Assembly: GCF_009914755.1 (NCBI RefSeq)
Contig: NC_060944.1
Reading direction: 5' to 3' (one strand)
Origin: the human T2T-CHM13v2.0 reference genome, Homo sapiens
Length of the DNA: 64,000 bases
Below the pieces are notes generated by a model that searched no databases, was not told where the DNA came from, and saw only the letters and a program-made list of their open reading frames with translations. Shown piece after piece: positions 38,511 through 51,665 of this stretch (position 1 is its first letter; each line of letters opens with the position of its first letter). Both the position numbers and the translations under genes were made by a program.

Positions 38511-41500
38511 TATTACTGTGTTGTGTGTAATTCTTATTAGGGCTTCTCTTTGCTTTGAAGTCAGCCTCCACGTGGACTATGGGGTTGGGATAAGTTTACA
38601 GATGTGCTGCTCAAGTGCCTTTTTTGCCTGGAGAAAATACTCAGTAGCTAGGGTAATCATCATTATGAAGAGGATCTCTTCAAGATAAAAAAGATAGGAA
38701 ATGATCTCCTTTTTAAAAAATGGAAATTGCTCTAACTTTAAAAGTATCAATCAATTCTTTAAAACCTCATACAGCCCTATGTTTCAGGAAAGTCTAACAT
38801 CATGCAAAATTTGAAACTTCAGGAATTTTCTGCTCAGCATAACATGGGAAATGTTGTTGCTAAGATAACTTTAAATCAGCTGAACCAGCTCTTTCTAATT
38901 TTCCCACAGTGTTTGCTTCAAGGATGAAAACAAGTGAGGTATCCTCTAGAGGAGAGAAATTCTGAGCTGTGGCTGTGTTTTGCATGTACAAAAAGTTAAA
39001 ACCCCAATCCAAATTAATTTTTATTTGTTTTGTAGATTCTCCGTTGGGAAGTGTGTTTCTAGGTACATAAAAACGAGCTATTTTTCTGAAGGTCAAGTAT
39101 ACACCATGTTTATACGTGACTACCTGGTGCAGCTGAGCAATATTGACTTTGATGCAAAAAGACCACAGTCAGGCCTTGGGAGGATTTCTCATTAGCTGTG
39201 TGAGTTTTAACAAAATAATTTAACATTTGCCTCAGTTTCCATATATAGGAATGTGTGTAAAATAATTCCTGCTTACCTAATAGGCTCTGGAAGAGCTCAA
39301 AGAAGGTAAAATCTTTGGAAAATATTTTACAAATACAATGAAATCATTAAATTGTATTACATTATTTTATTTAACATTTTAATCATTTTTAATGTATTCC
39401 TGAGTTAACAAGCCTCTACATATATTTCCATTGGATAATAAAGATATTAGAAACTCAAATAATTTTCTTGCAATGATCTACATACATGCCTTTAGTTTTA
39501 TATCCCATGACATGAAGAGAAAGAAGTCCATATGCACTTTCTGAGAAGTTGTCCGTTAAGTAGGTCAAGGGGTATCTGAGATGTGAGCGGGTAGCTTTGG
39601 TCATTTGCTTTTCTATGATTGCACACCTTTTTAAAAAAAAATGCTGTGTGCAGTCATATATGTGTACAGCATTACCTTTTAAAATCACCAGGAACTAGGA
39701 ACATAGGATAGATTTGTTTGCTATGCAAATGAATAAAACTTGTACCAAAGAAATCTAATGTTTAACTCCAAGACACAAAAGAGTTGTTAGAGTTTGAGCT
39801 TATTGTACTATCATAGGGGATAAAAACTTCCAGAAACTTCTGAGAGGCCAGAAGTTTTCAGAGTCTAGCTTTCTAGGATCTGAGGACGAAAGTACTTAGG
39901 TCTACCCTTGAGGCACCATTATTTTCTACCAAACATTTCACTTCTTGTGATCGCCTAAGTCTTTGCAAGAAGAACAAATCTCACAATCCATTTATTTACT
40001 CTCCTAAAAATGTTGACCACGTGAAATGACAATCAGTATACCACAGTTGTTTATCCCCTCAGTGGTGCCAGAGAAGAGGTAATGGCAGAGTTTGTAAGGT
40101 TTGCTTTCTAATTTTTGTCTTACTGGCATATTTTCTATGGTAGATGCTCTGGTGGGTACCCAGATCCCCCTTTCAGAACCGAGGCACTATTTCCCCACCT
40201 ACTGGAAGTGTTGTCTGCTGATGACTCACGGCTAAGTCCCTCTACTGGACTTGACTGCTGGTGCAGGAAGCTGCCCTCTCCAAGGTAATGCCTGCCTCCC
40301 AGGGGCTAGCTCACATCCAGTGACTCAACAACATAGATAGTACAAAGCCACAGCCCCTTGTTTTGATGAGGAAACTCCCAAAGACTATCTTAATGCCAAA
40401 GTTCTCTGTAAGTTTGGCTGAGACCTGTGTTACAACTGAATTACAGTTTTTTTTGTTTTTTTTTTCTCAACCAACCTTGAAGCCATCAGGCTGATATCTA
40501 GGGTCAATTCCCAACATAACATGGACAAGAATATACTGGGTCTGCTATGGAAGGAAGCTCAAAGAGCCATGTGTTCTCCAGGAATTGGGAGCATATATGT
40601 TGGACTGGATCCAGAGGGTGCTGGTTCAAAGTGGTTGGAACAGAAAGTTGAATAAGGGAGAGTTTATGAACGTGGGATCACTTGCTAATGATAGAGAATT
40701 TAACACCCTGGCAAGGGCTTTGGGAGATGGTGTTAACATATTGCTAAAATGATTCTTGAAAGCTTGGTAAAAATGATGACCAATACTATAATAAATAGAA
40801 ATGCCAGAATTTTGCTGTAGCAGACAGTGGATGAACTAATCAAAAGGCTCAGAGAAGTTGTGTTGGTACACAGAGGGCTGAAAAACTAACAGATGGTCGT
40901 GTTCTGGAGGACCTGGAGCCAAACAGATAATAAAAATATTAGTGAGAGGAGCATCATCATCCCTGAAAAGCCAGTGGTAGCCATCCTCTGTTGTCCAAGG
41001 TTCACTGAAAAGATGCTGTTACAGAATTGGACTCTCTGATAGCAAAGAAAATGGTGATGAGCATAAGTCTGGCCCCTACAAAAAACAGATAAATTCTAGT
41101 GAATGACAGAGGGCTATCACAAACTCAACCAGGCTTCAAGTACATGGTTGGCAGCCATTGATCTGGCAAATCCATTTCTTCTCATCTTATCAGGGAGGAG
41201 GAACAGAAGCACTTCACATTCACTTGAATTAGATAACAGTAAAAACTTACAGTCTTGCCCCAGGGCTATGTTGTCTGTCTTGGACTCTTAAGGAACCTGG
41301 ACTGTCTGGACATCTGCTGAATCTCACATGGATCTGTTATTTGATGGCATAATGTTTATCAGACTTATCTGCAGTAAGTGGCAAGTCTTGGTAAGGCATG
41401 TGTGATCTAGAAGGCAGGAGGTAGACCTTATGGGGATACAGGGGTCTTCTCCATCAGCTTTAGGTGTCTGAGGCATGCCGGGACAGCCTCTCCAAAGTAA

Positions 41501-42202
41501 AGGAGAAACTATTGCAATTAAGCAGTGAGACACGTTAAGAAGGAAACACAACATCTGACAAGCCTCTTTGGGTTCTGGAGGTAGCATACATATTTCACAC
41601 TTAGTAATACTGTTCCAGTCTTTTACTAAGGGACATTTTAATGCTGTCAACTTTGATTGGGGTTTAGAATAGAAAAGAGCTGGATAGCAAGTTCATGCCA
41701 CAGTGAAATCAGCCCTGCCACTAGAGTCATATAATCTGGCATCTCTTGTGCAAACCCCAGTAGGAAAATGACAAAACAGAACCATAGGGTTAGGAGCAAA
41801 GACATGCCCTCTGCAGCTAATAATTATGCACCTTTGGAAAAATAACTTTAGTGTGTGCTACTGGGTGTTGGTAGTATGAAGCACTGAAATGAAACTACTA
41901 CATCTGGGATTGAACACAGCAAAGGCCAGAAGGCAGAAGAAAACTGCATGAGCAGGTGGCCCCTTTCCACATGTGAGGGACCACAGTGGAAACTGCACTT
42001 CTTCCTCTGCTCACACCAATAGCTGCATCCAAGGTGGGGGATGTTATCCTAGTTGATAAAGAAGGAAAAAGTATGAGCTTGGTTCATGAATTTATCAGCT
42101 TATTAGATGAATGCCAGCCAGAAATGTACTGCTGCAGCACTACTACCTCATTCAAAGGTGCCTCTGAATTATAGCAATGAGAGGAAATCCTCCCAAAGGT
42201 CA

Positions 42203-42617
<415 letters not shown>

Positions 42618-43087
42618 GAAAGATTAGGAATGAGGGGGTATAGGAAGTGGTATATAGATGGACCTATTGAATGGTCATGAAGTGTGAAGATCTTTGTAGT
42701 ATGTATCTGTTAATGCCTGTCAGAGGGCAATCACCACCGAAAAAGCTCTAAAAATAAAATAGAGAAAATGACCGTAGTCATTGGCCACTCCAATGCTGAC
42801 ACAATGATTGCATGAATGGAGTAGACATGGTGAAAAAGACAGAGTCCATGAATGGGCCATATGGCATGTATTCCCACTCAACAATATTGACCTGGCCACT
42901 GCTGTTGCCAAATGCCTAATCTGACAGCAGCAGAGACCAACACTGAGCCTCCAATATGGCACCATCTCTTTGTGAGAGGAGCCAGCTAGTTGTCAATGAA
43001 TATCATCAGCCCCCAGGTATGACTTTGCCTTTCCTAACTTCTGAAGCTCAGCTGGCATCACTGTTTGAGGGCTTTAGAGTTTCTGGG

Positions 43088-43393
43088 TTTTTTTTGTTGT
43101 TGTTGTTTTTCAGATGGAGTCTCACTCTATCGCCCAGGCTGGAGTGCAATGGTGCAATCTCAGCTCATTGCAACCTCCAACTCTTGGGTTCAAGCGGTTC
43201 TCCTGCCTCAACCTGCTGAGTAGCTGGGATTACAGGCATGCACCATGATGCCCGGCTAATTTTTTTGGTATTTTTAGTAGACACAGGGTTTCACCTTGTT
43301 GATTAGGCTGGTCTCAAACTTGTGACCTCGTGATCTGCCCGCCTCAGCCTCCCAAAGTGCTGGGATTACAGGCGTGAGCCACTGTACCTGACC
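43088..43393 (-). mobile_element. AluS (Sc-like)
   Basis: Full dimer in antisense; TSD AGTTTCTG. Confidence 0.95.
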
Positions 43394-45014
43394 AAGTTTC
43401 TGTTCTATCAACATTGTGTATATATTACATTGCTTTAGATCAAGGGGCACACTTTACAGCAAGGGTAGTTGTGGGGGTGGGCACATTACATTGGATGCTA
43501 TCACATATCATACTTCCTAGAAGCTGTCAGCCTGAGAAACCCATGGCACGGCCTTTTGAAGGTGAGGTAGTAGTTTGGCATGGCATCTGCAAGGAACCAG
43601 CTTGGAGATGATACCTGTGGGGTTGGGGTGCCATCTTTCAGATATAGTATATAGCCTAAAATAATGACTATTTTACAGTGCTGTATTCCCAGTACTACAA
43701 TCAATAGGTCCAGGAACCAACAGAAAAGGAACAGGAGTGTCCCTGCTTACCACCTCTCCTAGTCACCCTTTAGGGACATTTTTTGCTTTCCACTTTTAGA
43801 TATTTGGGCTATGTTTACCTAGAATTCCTGGTTCTAACACAGGGAATGCTGCCACAAGAAGGCGTGGTAAGATTTCCATCAAACTTGAAGTTGCAGCTGC
43901 TCCCTGCTTACTTCAGGTTCCTCATACCCAGAGACCAGCAGGCAAGGAAAACAATAATCCATACTGGCAAGGGTAACGTATCCTCAGGAGGAAGTATGGC
44001 CATTGTCGCACAATGGGAGAAAGGAAAAAAATATTTTTGGCACCCAGCTGATCCACTTAGGTCTCACTTAGTACCCCCTATTCAAACGGACAAGTGTGGG
44101 CAGCTGTGACCTAAGACAGGTGTGGTGATTAGGGACTCAGTCCCCTTCTAGACGAGGGTCTGTGTTATATACCAGCAAACAACCTGGACTGGAAGAGATG
44201 CTAGCCAAAGATAAGAAGAATTGGCAAGGGATAGTAGAGGATGGAGACAATGAATATCAGCTGTGACCTTGAGACCACCTGTGTTGGGAGCTATAGTTTG
44301 TCCCACTAACTTTCCTCTTGTAAATTTCTACAGGAGAAGAGATAGACTAGAATCCTCGAGGACCTGCTCCCAGAGAGTGAGAATTTACTAACTTACTATA
44401 TGAACTAGGTGGATCTGAGTGGCCTGAGGAGTGAACTAAAATGCGTGCTGTATGTACCACCTCGATATCCCCTACAGAAATGAGACATCCAATCCTTCAG
44501 TTGCTAGTAGTGTTGCCTGATGATGATTCAAAACTAATTCTCTCAATGGGAATTGGCCTCTTCTCAAAGTAGCTGTCTCACCAAGGCCATGGTTCCTCCC
44601 TGGCAGTAACCTGCATCTAATGACTGGGCGATGTAGGAGCACAGAAGCCCAGCCCTACTGCCTTGATGAGCCCATTGTGAAGGGTCATCTCAGGTTCAGA
44701 GGTCCCATTAGGATCAACTGAGGTCTCTGTTGTAAGTGCCTTGTAGTTCACCTTCTCCTTCAGTTCAATCCCGTTTCTCTCACTACTTTACAGGCATTGT
44801 TCCTGGGAATACTCCTCAATAAACTTCCTGCATAACAAATCTCTGCCTCAGAGCCTGTTTGGAGGGGAGGAAAACTTAGAACTTTGTCCCCAACATCAAA
44901 ATACAATTTAATTTAAAAACATTTCAGTGAAGTTAATATGTTTTCTGAATTAGTGCACCCAAAAACATTTCCAAGCACCCCCTTTGTGTGTTTTGATTCT
45001 TACAATCTATGTCC

Positions 45015-46050
45015 TTTATTCATTCTATTTATTGAACAATTAAAGAGTGCTTCTCATATATGAGGCAGTGTGCCAGGCATTCTGGATTCAATGACAAAAA
45101 ATGCACTCAGAAAATTCATTCTGGATTCAATGACAAAAAATCCTGACCTTAAGGACCTGATGGACAAAAGGGAAAAGCAGATAAATTAATAGACAGTTAA
45201 AATACACTATAATTAATAGAACATAATGTGGGAATGCAGACATGGGATAACTAATTTAGCTTGTTGAGCAGAGCAACACAGAGAAAAATTTGTAAGGTTT
45301 CCCAAAAGCACTATCTGATCTGAACCTTTAAGATAAGTAGGAAATAGGTAGGTAAGGAATGGAATATGTTCAGAGTGGGAAGCAGTGTGAGGTAAAAAGA
45401 GAACAGGTTTGGAGAAAAGAAAACACTTCTTTAGGATCAGACCAAGGAGTGTGGCAGATATTAGTGTGAGGTGCAGAGAGCTGTTGGCATCTGTGGAGTA
45501 ACTTCAGGCAGGGGAGTGATATAGTCAGCTTTTCATTTTGGATTTATTACTGTAGTCTAGTGGATGTAGAGAGAATGGATTAGAGAGGAGACCAGTTAGG
45601 AGTTCCTTGCATCAATCTAGCTGAGAAACGATGGCTGGAAATCATGTAGTAGCAGAGGACATGAAAAAAATAAAATAATGGAATCCTGAGATTTGAAGGA
45701 ATTTGAACTAATAAATGTGGGTGATGGACTGGATGTGGAAATGTAGAGTGGTTGAAGATACCCTGTTTGGATTAGGAGGTAGAAATGCTATTCTCTGAAA
45801 TATGTGGTGAGGGTGAAGGTAATGGTGGTAAGTGTGTTTGTATGTAGGGAGAGTATTGCAGGAAGGCTGAGATATGATGACTTTTAATTTTCTATTTCTA
45901 TTTCAGACATTTGGAGATGTCCTAAGACAATTGGCTATGTGGATAGGGAGATCTGGTTTAGGGACCATATCATACAGACAGTAGAAGCCATGGATGATCT
46001 CATTCCAGGAGCACATATACAGTGGGAAGAGAATGAAGCTGAAGACAATT
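45015..46050 (-). mobile_element. L2 LINE 3' portion
   Basis: TTCATTCTATTTATTGAACAATTAAAGAGTGCTTCTCATATATGAGGCAGTGTGCCAGGCATT followed by antisense L2 body. Confidence 0.8.
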
Positions 46051-46407
46051 CCAGCTCCAAAGATAGTGACAAGAGCTGTTCATCTTCATCATCCTCTCTG
46101 TAGGCATCTTGAATTAGAAGATACTATTTAGTGTGGTCTCTTACCCAAGATAAATAATCTAAGTTTCCGTAATCTTTCCTCATTGTTCTAATTGTGAATT
46201 TCTTTGGAACTTTGGTGATGTTTTCTATGTTCCCATTTAGTTCTGAGTACCAGAATTAGACACATTATATTTATTATTATCTTTGACAAAAATAGTGCTA
46301 AAAAAGCCTTCCTAATATGCCATATGCATCACGGCCGTAGGAAAATAGGCGTACCACTTGTCACTTCCCTAAAACAGGTGCTCCCAAAGGCAATTCCTGC
46401 ATGTCCT

Positions 46408-46449
46408 AGAGGACTTTTGTGTGTGTGTGTGTGTGGTCTGTGTGTGTGT
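46408..46449. repeat. (TG)n microsatellite, interrupted
   Basis: Direct inspection. Confidence 0.9.
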
Positions 46450-47223
46450 ATTTTTAACTGCCGTTTTTGAACCAATGTAACATGATAGAACATGTATTAG
46501 GATGTAATTGGTTCCAGGTTAGTTAAGTAAGAAATGCATTTAATTCTTTCTCACCCCTTGAAGAATATTTCTACTTCTCCATTAAATAAATCAGATTTTA
46601 AACAAAAATGGAATAATCCCTCAAATGTAATTCAAAATACAACACACAGTCTCTTGATTTGTGAGAATTAGCTATTGTACTTCTTCTTTTGAAAATAACC
46701 CTTTAAACATTAAAATCAACAGATGACAGCTTTAGTAATCTGAGACAATTTCATGAATTGCAATATTTACTTATTTGGGAGGATGTTAAATGCTTTTAAA
46801 AATTCTTTGTACCTGATGTGAATATATAATAAATGTGTAGAGTATTTCAGTTGCATGTAATGATTGTGAAGCTGTAGGAAAGGTGGCTTTCCCAAGTCTT
46901 GAGTGACTGATTTCATCTTTTCTTCCCTGACTCCTTCTCTCCAAGTCTTCTAAAGGTATAACATCTGCACAGATGCAGGGAAGGACTGCACTACAAAGAT
47001 GTGCTGTCAATGAGCTTTGCAGACTGGTTCTTTTCCCTCTAGCCAAGCCTTTTTTCTTTTTATCCTAAAGAACCCTGGTCTCTTTTTATTTCCTGGTCAA
47101 TCTTAATTTTTCTAATTTTCAACTCAAAAACACTGAGATTTATCTCCATTTCTCTGTCTTAAAGAGAAATATACACAAAGCAGTCAGAGCATTAGCTAAC
47201 TCAGATCCTATTATGTGCTAAGT

Positions 47224-47229
47224 TCTATC

Positions 47230-47273
<44 letters not shown>

Positions 47274-47278
47274 CATCC
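47224..47278. repeat. (TCTA)4 TTTA (TCTA)7 tetranucleotide STR inside an antisense MIR (about 47185-47460)
   Basis: Direct inspection. Confidence 0.95.
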
Positions 47279-48357
47279 CCTTTTAAGATTCACGACAACC
47301 CCATGAATTGGTACTATTATTATCTTCTCTTAAACAGAGGCAAAGGAAAGCTAAGTAACTTGTCTGAGATTTCCTGGCTGTAAAGTGGCAGGACCAGGCT
47401 TACAGTCTCCACAGTTTGGCTTTTGAGCCAACCCTCTTAACCATCCTGTTACCCTGCCTTTCAACAGTGTAAAACAACAGGAGCAATTTTGGTGTGCTGC
47501 GGAATGTAATTGGGGGATCTGGGTCAGAATGGAGAAAAAGCAAGAGAAATTTTTCATAGGCAGCCAAGAATAAAAGAGCCTAAGAGCATCTACACCGATT
47601 TCTATAACTTAGGCTGTAAGAGAAGTAGGAAAAGCATTTTGTTTTTCTGCTTAAACTTGTTGCACAGTAGAGGAAGATAATTTTAACTAAACTTGTTTGA
47701 GGCTTTAAGAAGTAGGCCTCAGAGACTCAAAAATCAAAGTGAAGTGAAGTAAAATTAGCAATTGTTTTCTAAAAATTCATGTAACTCTTAGCAATGATTT
47801 AGGCTTTCCAAACAACGTAAATTATATATGCAGATTACTTCTAATTATAATGCCTTTCCTTCTAGATTATTGAACACTTACACAATAGGATTTTAATTGA
47901 TTCTCACCAGCCTGCATCTCTAGTGTTTGATTAAAAATATGCCCATTGTCAAGAAAATAAATTCATTTAGGCATTTATAAGCATTTGTAGAAGATAGGTG
48001 AACAAAATTTAAATTAAAAAAATATAGTTATCTACATTTGAAAGAGTTCCTTATTATTTAATCCCTTTTGAAATATGCTTAGAATATCCTTTCAAGGAGA
48101 TGATCTACAGATCTTTATTTGAATCTAACACTTTTAAACATTTTCCCTGATGTACAGATTCTTGAGTTTTGTTTTTGTTTTTGTTTTTGTTTTACATTTT
48201 GCCACTCAACAAGAACATAATTCACTTACAGAATTATTTTTGTGTGTCTGTAACAGCTGTGATTTTCCACCTTACTAAGCAGTTTGGAATTTATCAGTAC
48301 ATTTCTATTTGTCTTATTTTTTAAATTTTTAATATTTTTTAAAAGAATATATGGAAT

Positions 48358-49119
48358 CGTTAAATGAAATTTACAAGAGTTCATTGCTTTGGACTGAGTT
48401 CCAGCACTAGGCCCAACAGACCAGACAAAACCAGAATGGAATCGCTGTGCCACATAATCAAACTGAACTTTGAAACAAGCCAGTTTTTCAAAAGAGGAGA
48501 TTTACAGCAACCAATCAGAAGGGGCCCAGTTTACCTGAGCTGGCATGATAAGGAAGTCGTCTCTGTTTTAATTCCATAAGGAAAGTAACTTTGAAACAAC
48601 CACTTCTCTTTTGTTCACGGTTTCTGCTTTTTCTTAGCCCTTTTCTGCCTATAAAGCCATACTCCTGATCAGTTCATTAGAACACTCATTCTGTTTTCTG
48701 GAATGAGATGTTGCCCGACTTTAGAATTCAATAAAAGCCTATTGGATCTTTAAATTTAAGAAAAACCGGGCCGGGCACGGTGGCTTACGCCTGTAATCCC
48801 AGCACTTTGGGAGGCCGAGGTGGGCAGATCACAAGGTCAGGAGATTGAGACCATCCTGGCTAACACCGTGAAACCCCGTCTCTACTAAAAATGAAAATAA
48901 AAAAATTAGCCAGGCATGGTGGCGGGCGCCTGTAGTCCCAGCTACTCAGGAGGCTGAGGCAGGAGAATGGCGTGAACCCAGGAGCGGAGGTTGCAGTGAG
49001 CCGAGATTGCGCCACTACACTCCAGCCTGGGCGACAGAGCGAGACTCCATCTCAAAAAAGAAAAAGAAAAAGAAAAACCAATTATATCTTTAAATTTGTT
49101 GTAATTTTGTCTTTTGACA
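48358..49119 (+). mobile_element. ERV1 solo LTR (LTR54-like), split by an Alu
   Basis: GTTAAATGAAATTTACAAGAG...GCACTAGGCCCAACAGACCAGAC; CCAAT box, TATAAA, AATAAA; ends TTTGTCTTTTGACA; near-TSD GAAT/GGAT. Confidence 0.8.
48769..49069 (+). mobile_element. AluY-like element
   Basis: GACCATCCTGGCTAACAC and GAGAATGGCGTGAACCC diagnostics; TSD AAGAAAAACC. Confidence 0.95.
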
Positions 49120-50188
49120 GGATCTTTATGAAGTTACATGCCATTGACAATCTTTGCTGTGTTGTTGTAACTTCAGGTATGCTACTGCAATGAGCATGCC
49201 AGTTGGACTCTTAGACAATGGCCATCTGAGTAAGAAAAAATTTCAGTTGTTTTAAAAAATAAGTGTGGTATTCATTTTGTAATTTATTAAAATAACATTT
49301 GAATTTTCAAACTAGCTATTCCCTGAGATTCAGAAGTCTTTTTGCCTGCTTTTTTTTTTTAAGATGAAGTAATCTGGCTATAAGGAATATTGATTATATT
49401 AGTCTAAGGACACTTACAGAGAAAGTAAGCTTACTGTAGTGTGAATGATGCTTCTCTTTCTATTAAGGGTGGTCATTCTAAATATGACTGCATAAGGAAT
49501 AATTCTGGCAAAAATCAGTCCTTCATTTTCTCTTAAGATATTTAGAATTTAATTTAAATATTATATGTCAAGGTTAAAAGTTAGAAACATGTAAGGAAAT
49601 ATTTAAGAACTTACAATATGAAAACCTGTTTTCTTTATGGAACTCTTTGGTTATATGATTGGATAGGTAAAAACAAATTTGTAAAATATGGTAGATATGG
49701 GAAATTGTCAATATATTTGTAATTCATGCAGCAAACATAATATTTAGGAAGTATGTTATTCTGTTTTCTTAAGTACATAATGATAAGGGTTCTTTTCTCC
49801 ACCAAGCCCCTTTTCTACATTTGTGGTTTTCATTTTTGCTGTTTTTATGTTATTATTGATAGTATCTCAATACCAACCTGCTATTGTTAATTTGTGACAT
49901 TCCTTATTTAGTCTGGAAAGTGGAAGGTAGTAGATAGTTAAAAGTTTTTGGTGTCTGATACAGAGATGTTTATTTAAAAGTATAGTAAACAAAATTAAAT
50001 AAATTGAGATGTTTTTGAAACATGGCTTCTCTAACTCCGAAGAACTTTGTGACAAAAAATGATCTCTTATGATAATATTTTAATGTAAAATACAAGAAAT
50101 TCTTTGAATTAAAAAACATTGTCTTGATTATCACCATTTAGGCATATATTGAAAGTTCTCATTTAAGTGGTAGAAATTATTTGAAATA

Positions 50189-50660
50189 GTGTTAGTTTCC
50201 TGTGGCTGCTGTAACAAACCACCACAAACCTGGTGATGTGAAACAACTGAAATTTTTTCTCTCACTGTTCTGGAGGTCAGAAGTCTGAAATCAGTGTCGC
50301 GGTGTGGAAGTCCAGATGTGGGGGAGCTCTGCTGCGTTCCCGCAGAGGCCCTGGAGAGGAACCTTTCTCTTTCCTCTTCCTGCCAGTAGTGGCCACTCGC
50401 CTTCTTTGGCCTGTGGTTGCATCACTCCAGTCTCTGCCTCTGTGGTCACGTTGCCTTCCCCTTATTTGTCTGGGTTGAATTTCCCCATGTGTCTTTTTTA
50501 TAAAGACATTTGTGATTCATTTTAAGCCCATCTGGATAATCTAGAATAATTTCCCCATCTCAGAATTCTTAATCTCATTTGCTAAGACCCTTTTTCCACA
50601 GACGGTAACATTTACAGGTTGCAGGGGTATCTTTGGGGGCCATCATTCAGCCTACTCTGG
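50189..50660 (-). mobile_element. MaLR solo LTR (MLT1D-like)
   Basis: TGTTAGTTTCCTGTGGCTGCTGTAACAAACCACCACAAACCTGGTG...TTTGGGGGCCATCATTCAGCCTACT. Confidence 0.88.
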
Positions 50661-50789
50661 TAATCTTTATTCATATTTAATCTTCTTCAAAGGAAATTGA
50701 AGCCAATGAGAAAAGCAGTTTCACTCAACTACTCTGAGTTGGTGATAAATAAAAAATCCCTATTTCTCCAACTGGTGTTGCATGTAAAG

Positions 50790-51665
50790 TTACCTGCTAT
50801 ATATTGCCACCTGGATGGGCTGCCTTCGCATGAACTAAATTCAAATAAACTTAAAAAAACCAAATTCATCATCTTTTTTCCTGAGGTAGCAACTCCTCTT
50901 GGCTCCGAATTCTCCTTTTAGAGTCACCATCATCCCAGTTATCGAGGCTTCCCTTGGCAGTCATCTCTGACTCTCGCTTCCTTCTCTCCCACATCCTGTC
51001 CTTAAACGACCTCCCTCTTGAGTTTTCACATACTTAAAACATCACCAGACACATAAGTCCATTGAAACCACCTCAGGCCTTTTTAATTTAAAGACTGGGG
51101 TATCATCATAGCCTCCTAACTGGCCACCTCATGTTAGTATTCCCCTATGGCATTCTCTCTTATAGCCACTGGGTTAATATTCCTGAAACACTACCATGGC
51201 CATCTAATTTTCCTGCATAGACATATTGTTTGGCTCCTTATTTCATCTGAAGTTAAATATAAACTCAGCCTGGCCTTGATTTATTTTGTAGCGTTATTTC
51301 TGATGCTCTCCTCACCTGACACTTTGGGTCCAGGAGCATTGCTCTCTTCACAGCCCCCTGGGCGTGCCATTTCCCACAACCCGCCACACCCCCACTTCTG
51401 ACATGCCTTTTCCCACCTTGCCTTTCAAAAGTCTACTCACCTTTCAAGATCCATCTGAGATGTGGCCTGAAGTAGGACATTTCCCTCTCTCATTTCTAAG
51501 TAATGTCTGCCACATTACCAGCTTGAGTTACACTTTTCCATAAGCTTGTCATCCCTTTGGAGGATGGACACTGAATGAGCAAAGATGATGCCTTGTCCAT
51601 TGTTAAATTTCTTCAGTGTTTTGCACAGAGTAAGCATTTAATAAGCATTTCTCAAATGAATTTTG
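50790..51665 (+). mobile_element. L2 LINE 3' portion
   Basis: AAATTCAAATAAACTTAAAAAAACCAAATTCATCATCTT...ATAGCCTCCTAACTGG...GTAAGCATTTAATAAGCATTTCTCAAATGAA. Confidence 0.75.
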
